Below are positions 8,553-18,490 of a stretch of DNA of 64,000 nt, one piece after another; the first letter of the stretch is position 1; every line of letters begins with the position of its first letter. Both the position numbers and the translations under genes were made by a program. Origin of the DNA: a virus (Duplodnaviria; Caudoviricetes); IMG/VR virus record IMGVR_UViG_3300035208_003134, positions 33,891-97,890 of that record; one strand, given 5' to 3'. The notes beneath the pieces are model-generated. The model was not told the DNA's origin. It worked only from the letters and a program-made list of their open reading frames with translations, and made no database searches.

Positions 8553-10967
8553 ATGTCTTCCATAATTAAGATTGACGAATTTTGTAACCAAGCCGAGTGC
8601 AAAAATTGCGGATTGAACGGGACACCAAAAGTCTTGTCCTATATAGCCAATAATGAGGTAGTTGATATCTTGGTCTTGGGTCAAAGCCCTGGATGGCAAG
8701 AAGTTGAGAAGGGCAGACCTTTTATTGGTGACTCCGGAAGCCTAATTAACCCAATCCTAACGCAGTATTCCCCGAACATAGCCTATATCAATGTCCTGCT
8801 CTGCCGTCCTTTGGATGTTGTGGAGAAAAAGGACAGAGTGCCGACCTCTGAAGAAATCCGTTGCTGCAGGGACAGGTTTAGAGAGGATTTCTCTTTCATA
8901 GTTGACAACTACCACCCCAAAATAGTTATGGTTCTTGGCGTACCGGCTAAGAAGGAATTCCAAAGGCTCGTCAAAATGCGGCCGGAGTACGGTCAATTGA
9001 TTGTAATGACCTTTGACCACCCTTCCTTTATTTTGAGAAATAGCCATATGAAGCCCAGATACATCACTCAACTGCACAATGCCCTGAAGTCTGTGTTCGG
9101 TGGGACTTCCAACGATACAATCAAAGACTTTGTTACCTATACTGATAATGTTAAAATGCAGTTCTTGGGTGATGTGATGAGCTCAAAGCGTATCGGAGTT
9201 GATATTGAGACCAACTCGCTTGATATGTTCAGCCTGAATTTTATCATAGGCACGGTTGCGGTGAGCTGTGACAAAGCAACCTACTTCTTTGACGGCAGAG
9301 AAAAGGATATAAGAGAGTTCGGAGTACTTCTTGATATCCTAAAGGACGGCAAAGTCCAAAAGGTCTTTGCCGACATACTGTTTGATGTCACGAGTTTCAA
9401 ACAGTATGGTATAGAGGTCGTCAACTACACCGACCTCTTTCCTTTAGCGTTTATCTACGATAACACTTACCTTGAGTACAGCCTTGAAGCCATCACAATG
9501 CGCTATATGCCGGAGCTTGCCGAATATAAAGCTAAGTTCCAATCTTCCATAGAGAGCAATCTTTACCTGAATGCCCAGACCGAAGAGCTACGCAATTACA
9601 ACTGTATGGATGCTTACTGCACGAGGGTTTTGTATAACGGCTTATACGATAAGCTACCGGCTAAGCCTAAGGCAATATTTGATAAGGTTACAGTCCGGCT
9701 CTTGCCGGTCTTGGTGGTTATGAAATGCTCCGGTATGAAGATAGACACGCAGCTCCTTGCTTCCTATCGTAAGACCTTTGAGGGCAGGTACAATGACTTG
9801 GCGAAGTTCTTCCTTGACAAGCACGGTATAACCAGCATTAACTCTGTGCCCCAAGTGAGCAAGTGGCTATTCCAAACTCTGAAGCTGAAGCCCATAAAGT
9901 TTAATGACCCTACGGCTGCTCAAAAAGCGAAAGGGCTAAAGAAGGGCAATCCAAGCACGGACAAGGAAGTCTTGGAAGCTTATGCGTCTCAAGTGCCGGA
10001 TGTTAAGCTACTCTATGAGGCACGCAGGGTGGCAAATATTTTGGCTTATTTCGTACCATCTATTGAGGACAGTTTGGACCAAGAAGATTTTGTTCATCCC
10101 AACTACAAGCATTATGGGATACAATCATTTAGGCTTGCTTGCCTGCGCCCCAACTTGCAGGGTATTCCGAGGGATGAGACCGGTATTGAGGTCTTGGATA
10201 AGTACCCCTTGAGGCGCTTGTTCATCTCAAGGTCTCCGAGTTCGGTTATGGCTGAATTTGATTATTCACAGCAAGAAGTCCGGATTGTTGCCGAGCTTGC
10301 GCGGGATGTCAAAATGCTTGAGGCATTTGCTAAGGGCGAAGACATCCATACCTTCGTTGCTTCTCTGGTATTCAATAAGGCAATTAGCAGTATCACTAAG
10401 CAGGAGAGGCAGATTGCTAAGGGTTGCGTCTTCGGTGCGATATTTGGTGCGTCCGCGGGCGAAATGAGTGTCCGGCTCCGAATACCGGAGCAGAAGGCAC
10501 AAGCTTATTTGGATAGGTTCTTTGATATTTTCTCAAGCATAGATAGCTTTATTAGGAGACAGCACGCGGCTCTGATTAAGGATAGCTGCATTTCAACCAT
10601 TTTCGGGCGTCCGCGTAAGTTTATCCTACACAGGCACAATATGTCGGACAGTAAGCGTGAAGCTGGAAATCACGCAATCCAAGCAGTTGCGGCCGACATA
10701 ACTTTCTCGTCGCTCATTCAAATCTGCGACCGGCTGACTAAGGAGGACCTCCTTAATAAAGGAGTGTATCTAATTCACTCGGTGCACGACTCAATACTGT
10801 TGGATATAGAAAAAGACAAGCTACAGCATATTGTGGATACGGTCTCTGGCATTATGTCTGGAGTGCCGAATATTTTAGGGTTCAAAGTCAAGTTTCCGGT
10901 TGACTGCAAGCTCGGTACTCGTTGGGGGCAGTCCGAGAAGCTTGAAGAAGTACTAAAGTGTAGTTAA
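8553..10967 (+). CDS. polA: Family A DNA polymerase with N-terminal family-4 uracil-DNA-glycosylase-like domain and 3'-5' exonuclease (SPO1-like architecture)
   Basis: UDG4 motifs CxxC, GQSPG, PFIG, CRP, HPS; exonuclease DIET and YNCMDA; polymerase PNLQ, DYSQQEVR, RQIAKGCVFG, VHDS. Confidence 0.92.
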   Translation: MSSIIKIDEFCNQAECKNCGLNGTPKVLSYIANNEVVDILVLGQSPGWQEVEKGRPFIGDSGSLINPILTQYSPNIAYINVLLCRPLDVVEKKDRVPTSEEIRCCRDRFREDFSFIVDNYHPKIVMVLGVPAKKEFQRLVKMRPEYGQLIVMTFDHPSFILRNSHMKPRYITQLHNALKSVFGGTSNDTIKDFVTYTDNVKMQFLGDVMSSKRIGVDIETNSLDMFSLNFIIGTVAVSCDKATYFFDGREKDIREFGVLLDILKDGKVQKVFADILFDVTSFKQYGIEVVNYTDLFPLAFIYDNTYLEYSLEAITMRYMPELAEYKAKFQSSIESNLYLNAQTEELRNYNCMDAYCTRVLYNGLYDKLPAKPKAIFDKVTVRLLPVLVVMKCSGMKIDTQLLASYRKTFEGRYNDLAKFFLDKHGITSINSVPQVSKWLFQTLKLKPIKFNDPTAAQKAKGLKKGNPSTDKEVLEAYASQVPDVKLLYEARRVANILAYFVPSIEDSLDQEDFVHPNYKHYGIQSFRLACLRPNLQGIPRDETGIEVLDKYPLRRLFISRSPSSVMAEFDYSQQEVRIVAELARDVKMLEAFAKGEDIHTFVASLVFNKAISSITKQERQIAKGCVFGAIFGASAGEMSVRLRIPEQKAQAYLDRFFDIFSSIDSFIRRQHAALIKDSCISTIFGRPRKFILHRHNMSDSKREAGNHAIQAVAADITFSSLIQICDRLTKEDLLNKGVYLIHSVHDSILLDIEKDKLQHIVDTVSGIMSGVPNILGFKVKFPVDCKLGTRWGQSEKLEEVLKCS

Positions 10968-11338
10968 AGGTGATTAAACTTACTAAAAATTTTAGGAATG
11001 ACATAGAGAAGGCAATGAGGATAAGGAAACGCCATATCCTCATTTGTGCGGAGAAGCGAGAGGTAGATTGGAAGAAGTTTGAGGATGAAGAAAAGTTTTG
11101 TCAAAAGGTAGCTAATAAAATGCTTAGATTGAAATGTAAAGAGGGTAATTAATGAGCAATCTTGAGTCGTTTTTAAGGGATATGTGCAAAGGCAAGTCGG
11201 TTGAATGGCTTGACGGGTTCGTGAAAGGAGCTTGGGCTTTTGCCCATTGGAAAGAGGGCGAGCAGTATGTTGGTACTACAGGGACTAAATATAAAGAGGT
11301 TGTTGAGATAGTTAAGAAAATAGCAAAAGGAGGATAAA

Positions 11339-12361
11339 GTGCAAGAGGGAAAATTGAATGTGCTACTTGACCTTGCGTTTGGCTCAAGTGGTAAAGGGAA
11401 TGTTGCGGCGTACCTTGGGACTAAGAACAAGTTGGACTTAGCAATAGCTAACCATTCGCCCAATGCCGGACATTCGGTAATTTATAAAGGAGAGACCAAA
11501 GTAGTCAAGATGTTGCCCACATCTGGCATTTTCTGCAAGGATGCCAATATCTTGCTCGGCTCCGGGACCGTCGTGAGCTTAGAAACTGTGCTGAAGGAGA
11601 TTGCTGAATTTGATGTTGGCGGCCGGACTTTAATCTCTGCTACAGCACCGGTGGTTAATGAATATTGTAAGGAATATGAGAGGGAGAACTTGCAATATAT
11701 AGCTTCTACCTTTCAGGGCACGGGCGCGGCTATCGGTCTCAAGGCTATGCGTTCACAGAAGATTAAGCTCGTTAAGGATTGTCCGGAGCTTGATAAATAC
11801 AGCCACTTCCATATAGGGGACATAATCCTAAATCGGATTGGTAAGCACGGCTATACTGGCTTATGCGAAGTCCCACAGGGTTATGGTCTGTCTGTAGATA
11901 GCGAGCTGTATCCGTTCACTACGAGCCGTATTGTGAATGTAGGGCAGGCTCTCGCGTACCTTGACATACCGGCGAGTATTGTAGGAGATGTCATTGGCGT
12001 TACCCGAACTTATCCAATTAGGGTAGGCAATGTCCCTGCGGGTTACTCCGGAGACACCTTCTATGACTCAAAAGAGATTACTTGGGAGGAGCTTTCCCAG
12101 AAAATAGGCAAGAAGGTCTTGGAGATGACTTCAGTAACCAAGCGCGTCCGGAGAGTCTTTACCTTCAGCAAGTACCTATTTGAAATGGCGGTGCGAAGAA
12201 ACGGCGTAAATGTTCTGTTCCTGACTTTTGCCGATTACCTGTTGCCAGTGGAGCGTCAAGAGTTCATTGACTACCTGACATCGGACAAGTTTAGTTTCAA
12301 GGAAATTTACTTCGTGTCCGGATTTTGGGAACACGACAAGAACATTGAGAAGATAAAATAA
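11339..12361 (+). CDS. purZ: PurA-superfamily synthetase with PurZ/PurZ0 signature
   Basis: FGSSGKG (Ser where PurA has catalytic Asp in GDEGKG), SPNAGH, KMLP, QG..L, YPFTTSR, RTYPIRVG, TSVTKRVRR. Confidence 0.7.
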   Translation: MQEGKLNVLLDLAFGSSGKGNVAAYLGTKNKLDLAIANHSPNAGHSVIYKGETKVVKMLPTSGIFCKDANILLGSGTVVSLETVLKEIAEFDVGGRTLISATAPVVNEYCKEYERENLQYIASTFQGTGAAIGLKAMRSQKIKLVKDCPELDKYSHFHIGDIILNRIGKHGYTGLCEVPQGYGLSVDSELYPFTTSRIVNVGQALAYLDIPASIVGDVIGVTRTYPIRVGNVPAGYSGDTFYDSKEITWEELSQKIGKKVLEMTSVTKRVRRVFTFSKYLFEMAVRRNGVNVLFLTFADYLLPVERQEFIDYLTSDKFSFKEIYFVSGFWEHDKNIEKIK

Positions 12362-12379
12362 ACCGTCGGAGGAGTTTCA

Positions 12380-14092
12380 ATGAACCTATCATCCAGTGCC
12401 ATTCAAGTCTTAGAAAAGCGTTACTTGACGCGCAATAATGCAGGTAATGTCATAGAAAGCCCCGAACAGATGTTTGAACGGGTAGCTCGTACAGTAGCCG
12501 GAGCCGAGCGCTACGAGTCAGCAGTTGAGTATGAAGAGAAGTTCTATAAGATAATGACGAATTTGGAATTCCTGCCGAATTCGCCTACACTAATAAATGC
12601 AGGCAAAGAATTAGGGCAGCTATCCGCCTGTTTCGTGCTTCCAATAGACGACAGTATGGATAGCATTTTCACCACGCTAAGGGATGCGGCCTTGGTGCAG
12701 AAGTCCGGAGGTGGGTGTGGGTTTAGCTTCTCAAACATCCGACCCGTGGACGATAATGTCAAGAGTACCAACAAGTGTGCCGGTGGTCCATTAGCTTTCA
12801 TCCGGATTTACGACCGAGCTTTGGATGTTATCAGCCAAGGTGGGGTGAGGCACGGGGCGAATATGGGCTGCCTTAGGGTTGACCATCCGGACATTGAGGA
12901 TTTTATTAAATTAAAGGAAAAGTGTGGCGAAGTGCCTAACTTCAATATCTCGGTCGGGATAACGGACGACTTTATGGCGTCGGTACGCTCCAACCGCAAG
13001 CACCAACTTATCAACCCCCGTACCGGTGCAGTGGTGAAAGAGGTTGACGCAGCTAAACTGTTTGATTTGATAGTTGAGCACGCTTGGCAGAACGGCGAGC
13101 CAGGAGTCCTGTTCCTTGACGAAATGAATAGGTGCAACGTAGTACCGCATATGGGTGTCATTGAGGCTACCAACCCCTGTGGAGAGCAGCCATTATTAGG
13201 GTATGAGTCCTGCAACCTTGGGAGCATAAACCTAAGCCGTTTTATAAAGGTAAAGGAGATTGACTTTGAGCGCCTTGAGTATGTGGTGAAGCTTGCAGTC
13301 CGTTTCCTTGACAACATCATTGATATGAACAGATACCCCATAACGGCTATTGAGACCAAGACCAAATCCACGCGCAAGATTGGGTTGGGTGTAATGGGCT
13401 TTGCCGATATGCTGATTAAGCTCGGCATAAACTACGACACCGAGGAAGCCGTCCAACTCGTACACAAGATTATGGGATTTATTCAAAAGAAGGCTATTGA
13501 GGCTTCCACCGAGCTCGCTGAAGTCCGTGGCGTGTTTCCGGCATACCGAGGAAGCGTGTGGCATATGGAGCGAGGCATTAGAATGAGGAATGCGGCCGTG
13601 ACTACTGTCGCACCGACCGGAACGCTATCAATTATTGCCAACTGCTCGTCCGGAGTAGAGCCTTATTACAGTAAGACAATCAAGAAGCACATTGTCAACA
13701 CTATCCTTGAGGAAGAGATTGAATTTGCCAAGGAAGACTGCTTTATCACGGCGCGAGACATAGCTCCGGAATGGCACATCAAGATACAGGCTGCCTTCCA
13801 AGCCCATACCGATAGTGCAGTTTCCAAGACGATTAACTTCGGCAATTCGGCGACCAGAGAAGAAATCAAGCGAGCTTATATGTTGGCTCATAAGTTAAAG
13901 TGTAAAGGCTTGACGGTCTATCGGGACGGTAGCCGTGATGTCCAAGTACTTTATGATGGCTCAAAGGATGAGCCTAAGAAAGTAGTACAGAAGAAGGATG
14001 TCTGCCCGTCGTGCGGTGCAGATGTGCAAATGAAGGAAGGCTGTGTGACCTGCTCGGCTAATTGCGGGTGGTCGGCTTGTAAGGTTGCATAA
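12380..14092 (+). CDS. nrdJ: Class II (adenosylcobalamin-dependent) ribonucleotide reductase
   Basis: PNSPTL, LSACF, TNPCGEQPL, CNLGSINL, APTGT, C-terminal Cys ribbon; no beta-subunit gene adjacent. Confidence 0.9.
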   Translation: MNLSSSAIQVLEKRYLTRNNAGNVIESPEQMFERVARTVAGAERYESAVEYEEKFYKIMTNLEFLPNSPTLINAGKELGQLSACFVLPIDDSMDSIFTTLRDAALVQKSGGGCGFSFSNIRPVDDNVKSTNKCAGGPLAFIRIYDRALDVISQGGVRHGANMGCLRVDHPDIEDFIKLKEKCGEVPNFNISVGITDDFMASVRSNRKHQLINPRTGAVVKEVDAAKLFDLIVEHAWQNGEPGVLFLDEMNRCNVVPHMGVIEATNPCGEQPLLGYESCNLGSINLSRFIKVKEIDFERLEYVVKLAVRFLDNIIDMNRYPITAIETKTKSTRKIGLGVMGFADMLIKLGINYDTEEAVQLVHKIMGFIQKKAIEASTELAEVRGVFPAYRGSVWHMERGIRMRNAAVTTVAPTGTLSIIANCSSGVEPYYSKTIKKHIVNTILEEEIEFAKEDCFITARDIAPEWHIKIQAAFQAHTDSAVSKTINFGNSATREEIKRAYMLAHKLKCKGLTVYRDGSRDVQVLYDGSKDEPKKVVQKKDVCPSCGADVQMKEGCVTCSANCGWSACKVA

Positions 14093-14251
14093 TGAGAGAA
14101 GGAAGGAAAAAAGAAGCTGTTAAGGTGGTTTGCCCGAAGTGTTTGACCTTGCTTACCTTGACTAAGGTTACTGTGGACTCAATAGTCAAGCACATAGGTC
14201 AACATTGTGGGATTTCGTTTACATTATTGATGAGGGAAAAGGAGGATTACA

Positions 14252-14752
14252 ATGGATGATATTAAAAACAATGAAGCGTTGGATGCGGTACTGAATAAAA
14301 TCAGTTTATCTTTTGGGTTGGAGTCGCTAAACTTGATATTTCCGGCAGATTTTATGGCAGAGCTCTCGCTGTACCGAGTATCTGCAATAGACAAGACTGA
14401 TTTGGACAACGAGCTTGTTTTTCAGTCTAAGATTTTTACGCTATTTAATGTCCTGCTTGCCTATGTTACTGATAAATACTCGCGGAGCGACGCAACTCTA
14501 AAGCAGGTTGAAGCCCGCCTCTCACTTCAACACGAGAAGACTTTGTTGGCTTCCGGCGAGAGGGTAAGCGATAAGAAGATTGAGAAGCTCGTGGACGCCG
14601 ACCAAGAGTATATTGACGCGGTCAACGACAGGCTTGATAAGAAGAATTTGGTGACTACATTCACTAATATAGTCACGGCGCTAAGCGGGAAGAATGACAA
14701 CCTGCAGATGTTAGCTGCCAAGCGCAACAAGGAAATTGGGGCAAGGCAATAA
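14252..14752 (+). CDS. UvsY-like recombination mediator
   Basis: Helical coiled-coil protein directly upstream of recA, with a KKIEKLVDADQEY pattern. Confidence 0.5.
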   Translation: MDDIKNNEALDAVLNKISLSFGLESLNLIFPADFMAELSLYRVSAIDKTDLDNELVFQSKIFTLFNVLLAYVTDKYSRSDATLKQVEARLSLQHEKTLLASGERVSDKKIEKLVDADQEYIDAVNDRLDKKNLVTTFTNIVTALSGKNDNLQMLAAKRNKEIGARQ

Positions 14753-14769
14753 ATTAGAGGAGGTTTAGC

Positions 14770-15945
14770 GTGGAAAAGAAAGATAAAGATAAAAAGCCTG
14801 CGGTTGAGAAGGAACAGAGCATTGCAGATTTTGTGGGCTCTTTGGTTGAAAGTTATAACAAGAATGACATTGCAGTTGAGACCGGTCATATAGAGTGCGA
14901 TTTCTTTGACTCCGGAAACTATGCACTCAATTACATTCTGTCCGGAGACTTTGATGTAGGCTTTCCGGTGGGCGGCCATATGGTGGATGTCCACGGCGAC
15001 CCACAGACCGGCAAGTCGCTTATGGTCTATACTGCCATTTCTAACTTCCTGAAGAAATACAAGGACGGCATAGCTGTACTTGATGACACCGAGAATGCCT
15101 ATGTGCAGTTCTTGGGTAGCAACATAGGAATTGACGAGAGCCGTTTTATGCGCTTCAGTACTTCTTCAGTTGAAGACCACGCTAAGATATTTTTCCACGG
15201 CGGTAAAATCCAGACTGGTACAGATGCCGAAGGCAAGGCTATTTATAGGGAGGTCAAGCCCTTAGTGCCGGAGCTTGCTAAGAAGTCCAAGCATATCTTG
15301 ATTGTGGTGGATAGTATCGGGATTTGGTCAACCAAGCACGAGCTTACGACCGACTTTGACAAGAGGGATATGTCTAAGACTCAAGTCTTGAAGAAGCTCC
15401 TGCGTACTATTAAGGAAGATATTCGTAGGTACAATGTTGATTATATGATTACCAACCATATGTACTTCAATATTGGTGATATGTTTGGTCCACAGAAGAA
15501 AGAGTCGGGCGGCCAAGCACCGGCTTATCAATCGCAGATAAGGCTCTGTATGGCGATTGCAGGCAAGATTAAGGTTAATAAATCCGGAAAGGTTATAGCC
15601 AAGGATGAAGACGACAAGGACTCCAAGATTGTGGGAGTCGTAGCCCGCGCTACTACGGTCAAGAACCGGTTCGCTCCACCCTTTAGGTCTTGTGATATAG
15701 AAATTAGGTTTGACTCCGGAATGTCAAGGTACTCTGGACTCTTGAAGCTCTTGATAGACCTTGGAATAGTAGCACTTGGGGATGGTGGGTGGTATGCAAC
15801 TTTTGATAAGAAAATCAGGTTTCAGTCTAAGGACTTGCCGGATAAGTGGGAAGAGATTAGGAAGCTCATTACGCCGGATAGGGTCAAACTCCGGTCTTTA
15901 GGGATACCTATTATAGAGGAAGTGAAAGGAGCGGACAGTGTTTAA
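14770..15945 (+). CDS. recA: RecA/UvsX recombinase
   Basis: GDPQTGKS Walker A, DTE, VVDSIG, ESGG, KNRFAPPF. Confidence 0.92.
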   Translation: MEKKDKDKKPAVEKEQSIADFVGSLVESYNKNDIAVETGHIECDFFDSGNYALNYILSGDFDVGFPVGGHMVDVHGDPQTGKSLMVYTAISNFLKKYKDGIAVLDDTENAYVQFLGSNIGIDESRFMRFSTSSVEDHAKIFFHGGKIQTGTDAEGKAIYREVKPLVPELAKKSKHILIVVDSIGIWSTKHELTTDFDKRDMSKTQVLKKLLRTIKEDIRRYNVDYMITNHMYFNIGDMFGPQKKESGGQAPAYQSQIRLCMAIAGKIKVNKSGKVIAKDEDDKDSKIVGVVARATTVKNRFAPPFRSCDIEIRFDSGMSRYSGLLKLLIDLGIVALGDGGWYATFDKKIRFQSKDLPDKWEEIRKLITPDRVKLRSLGIPIIEEVKGADSV

Positions 15946-17107
15946 ATACTCAAAACAATCAATCAGCTTGGACGAAGTATCAGTGATACCGGAGTCGGTC
16001 ACGACTTACAGCGACAGTGATGTTGATTTATCAGTACAGATTAGGGACTTGACCCTTGGGATACCGGTCATAGGTGCGGCTATGGATAGCGTGATGTGTG
16101 CCAAGATGTTGACCGAACTGCAAGGGTTTGGTGGTATAGGCATAGTGAACCTGTGCGGCCTGATTTCAAGGTACGAACTTATTCAAATCAAATCCGGCGA
16201 GTATGTGTATATGGCTGAAGGCTTGCAGGAGAGTGTTGCCAACCGTATTGCACAGAGCCCGACGATTAAGACACTGCAGGGAATTTATAACTCGCATCCT
16301 ATAAATACCGAAATTCTGCAGAAAAACCTTGAGACATTAAGGGAGCAGGTCGGGAAGAGCGAGTTTGCAGTATCGGCTACCCCACAGCAAGCCGAGCGCC
16401 TCTTTGACATAGCTCTCCGGCAAGGTATCCGGACATATGCAATTCAGTCGTCGTTTATTTCACCCTATTGGTCGTCGGCTAAGTCCGTCGGCTTGAATGT
16501 TGGCAAGTTTATTCAGTATTTACATCAGCACAACAACATTGTTATGGTCGGCAATGTGGCTTCGCTTAATGCTGCCGTGCCTTTCATTGAAGCCGGTGTT
16601 GACGCAATCATTGAGGGCGTTGGTCCAGGAGTTCAGTGCACTACGAGGTTCGTCCTTGGTATAGGGGCTGGGCACATAACCACGATTGACGACCTGCGCG
16701 AGTACATAGAGAAGCAGAAATCAAGCACTAAGATTATCGCCGACGGTGGAATACACAATTCTGGCGATATTGTGAAGCTCTTGTGCTGCGGAGCTCACGC
16801 AGTTATTCTCGGCGGTATGTTGGCTAAGACCGTCCAAGCGCCATTCCTTGGTTATCATTGGGGGATGAGTGCTTATCACAATGTGCTTCCGCGCGGAGAT
16901 TTGCTTCACTACCCGAACATTCAGGACAGCGATACTGTAGGCAGGTTACTATATGGACCAAGCGAGAAGGCTGACGGTACGCAGGCTCTAATTCCGGCTC
17001 TTACCAATGCATTCTCTAACCTTGGCTGTAAGAACATAAACAGTGCTTACCGCGACACTTTGGTCTTGAGGTTTGCCGGTGTCAAAACCGAGGGCAAAGA
17101 TAAATGA
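15938..17107 (+). CDS. guaB3: GuaB3-family IMP dehydrogenase
   Basis: AMDSV, GNV, GVGPGVQCTTR (catalytic Cys), IADGG, HWGM...LPRG, GP...DG; no CBS domains. Confidence 0.8.
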   Translation: MFKYSKQSISLDEVSVIPESVTTYSDSDVDLSVQIRDLTLGIPVIGAAMDSVMCAKMLTELQGFGGIGIVNLCGLISRYELIQIKSGEYVYMAEGLQESVANRIAQSPTIKTLQGIYNSHPINTEILQKNLETLREQVGKSEFAVSATPQQAERLFDIALRQGIRTYAIQSSFISPYWSSAKSVGLNVGKFIQYLHQHNNIVMVGNVASLNAAVPFIEAGVDAIIEGVGPGVQCTTRFVLGIGAGHITTIDDLREYIEKQKSSTKIIADGGIHNSGDIVKLLCCGAHAVILGGMLAKTVQAPFLGYHWGMSAYHNVLPRGDLLHYPNIQDSDTVGRLLYGPSEKADGTQALIPALTNAFSNLGCKNINSAYRDTLVLRFAGVKTEGKDK

Positions 17108-17454
17108 AAAAGAAGGTGTTCACGGGGCACGAGAAGAATGCTCCGATAGTAGTTAATAAGAAAGGTGGAATGCAGTCTTATACTGCGTATGCATTCCATA
17201 CCATTGACCCCATAGCTATGCAGGAAATGGCTAAGGTTATGGCAGAAGGTTGCCGGAAGTACGCACAGGATAATTGGCGGTTGATTTCTGTGGAAGAGCA
17301 CCTTAATCACTTGCTAATGCATATTTTTGCGCATTTAGCCGGTGATACGCAGGACGACCATTTAGCACACGCAATGACCAGGGCTATGTTTGCCTTGGCA
17401 GTGGACAAGCGGCCAAAGTACCTTGGTGCTATGGCTAAGAAAGGGAAGAAATGA
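17104..17454 (+). CDS. DUF5664-type dATP/dGTP diphosphohydrolase
   Basis: VMAEGCRKYAQDNW...H...H...DDHLAHA pattern. Confidence 0.75.
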   Translation: MKKKVFTGHEKNAPIVVNKKGGMQSYTAYAFHTIDPIAMQEMAKVMAEGCRKYAQDNWRLISVEEHLNHLLMHIFAHLAGDTQDDHLAHAMTRAMFALAVDKRPKYLGAMAKKGKK

Positions 17455-17918
17455 ATAATGGGGGCAGGGAAATTGAGTATATGACAGATGTTTCTAATGC
17501 CAGATATGAATATGCAAACCATATTGGCTTGAAGAAAGTAGTACTTGCCATTGATGAGCGTAACCCCAACCGGCTTGTAGTTAATATGGTGTATGCAGAC
17601 AGAAATGGTAATAACCTTATACTCAAACCTAAATTTTTGGATGTAGCTTTAGCACTTTGGGCATTGGTTAGGGCAGAATGGAAGAAATATGGTTGGTTTG
17701 GGCATATGCTACCTTTGAAATTTGTGATTGAGGCAGTTTTTTGCTGTGGTAGTGTTGAGGAAATCCAACATTTGTGGGAGAATAAATATAAAAAGCCCAA
17801 CCGCAAGGATATAGGGGATGAGGCGTTACCTGGGTTTTTAGACGACTGCTTAAATACTTGTACTGCTAAGCAGCTCTATTTTGATTTTGAGAAGGTTGAA
17901 GAAGTGGAAGTTGCATAA
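17451..17918 (+). CDS. Hypothetical protein (lower GC)
   Basis: Intact ORF coupled to the upstream gene. Confidence 0.55.
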   Translation: MNNGGREIEYMTDVSNARYEYANHIGLKKVVLAIDERNPNRLVVNMVYADRNGNNLILKPKFLDVALALWALVRAEWKKYGWFGHMLPLKFVIEAVFCCGSVEEIQHLWENKYKKPNRKDIGDEALPGFLDDCLNTCTAKQLYFDFEKVEEVEVA

Positions 17919-17921
17919 TAG

Positions 17922-17969
17922 ATGTAATCTACTGAACTACTTGTGCGACAGCGACATTTGTGGTATAAT
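17922..17969 (+). promoter_or_regulatory. Sigma70-type promoter with conserved upstream GAACTAC element (copy 3)
   Basis: ATGTAATCTACTGAACTAC, TTGTGC 17941-17946, 17-nt spacer ending TGTGG, TATAAT 17964-17969. Confidence 0.8.
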
Positions 17970-17986
17970 GTTTGAAAGGGGAACAA

Positions 17987-18490
17987 ATGATTGAGAATAT
18001 GCAAGTGGAGGTCGTATTAAGGAAGAATAGGGGAGCTCTTGATGTCGGTGTATTCAAGGACATCGTGGCTCAATTCCTTTATATAGAGCTTGAAGATAGA
18101 GTAATACTGAATTTCCCGTTAGATTGGGTCGGCTTCAGGGATGGTACTATGGCGGAGTTAATCAGGCAGTTTTACAACTGTATGTACATAGCCTTGGCTT
18201 ACTTTGCCAATGACTTAGAAATTGTTACCGACGCGGAAGGCGTGCCGATTGAGAAATTTGATGTAGTGGTAGCCGGTAAGAAGACCTGCAAGTATGTGAA
18301 GAAAAAGGTTAGAACCTTGCGCATTATAGACGAAGCCAAAAATGTTTTTAATGTTGAGGCTTATGTCTTGGATACGCGGGTCGTGCCACCGGCGGTGAAG
18401 GTGTTGGAGATTTATTCAGGCGACATTGATAGCGGCGTGAAATTAGCGGACTTCTTGCCAAAGCCCGAAAAAGGCAAAGAAGACAGGTAA
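17987..18490 (+). CDS. Hypothetical protein
   Basis: First ORF after promoter 3, with RBS AAGGGG; abuts the SbcDC gene. Confidence 0.6.
   Translation: MIENMQVEVVLRKNRGALDVGVFKDIVAQFLYIELEDRVILNFPLDWVGFRDGTMAELIRQFYNCMYIALAYFANDLEIVTDAEGVPIEKFDVVVAGKKTCKYVKKKVRTLRIIDEAKNVFNVEAYVLDTRVVPPAVKVLEIYSGDIDSGVKLADFLPKPEKGKEDR

Noticed and set aside
8553-14092. Inteins or introns in PolA and RNR (also checked DnaB and TerL)
   Set aside because: Protein lengths are normal and no intein junction or LAGLIDADG motifs were seen.
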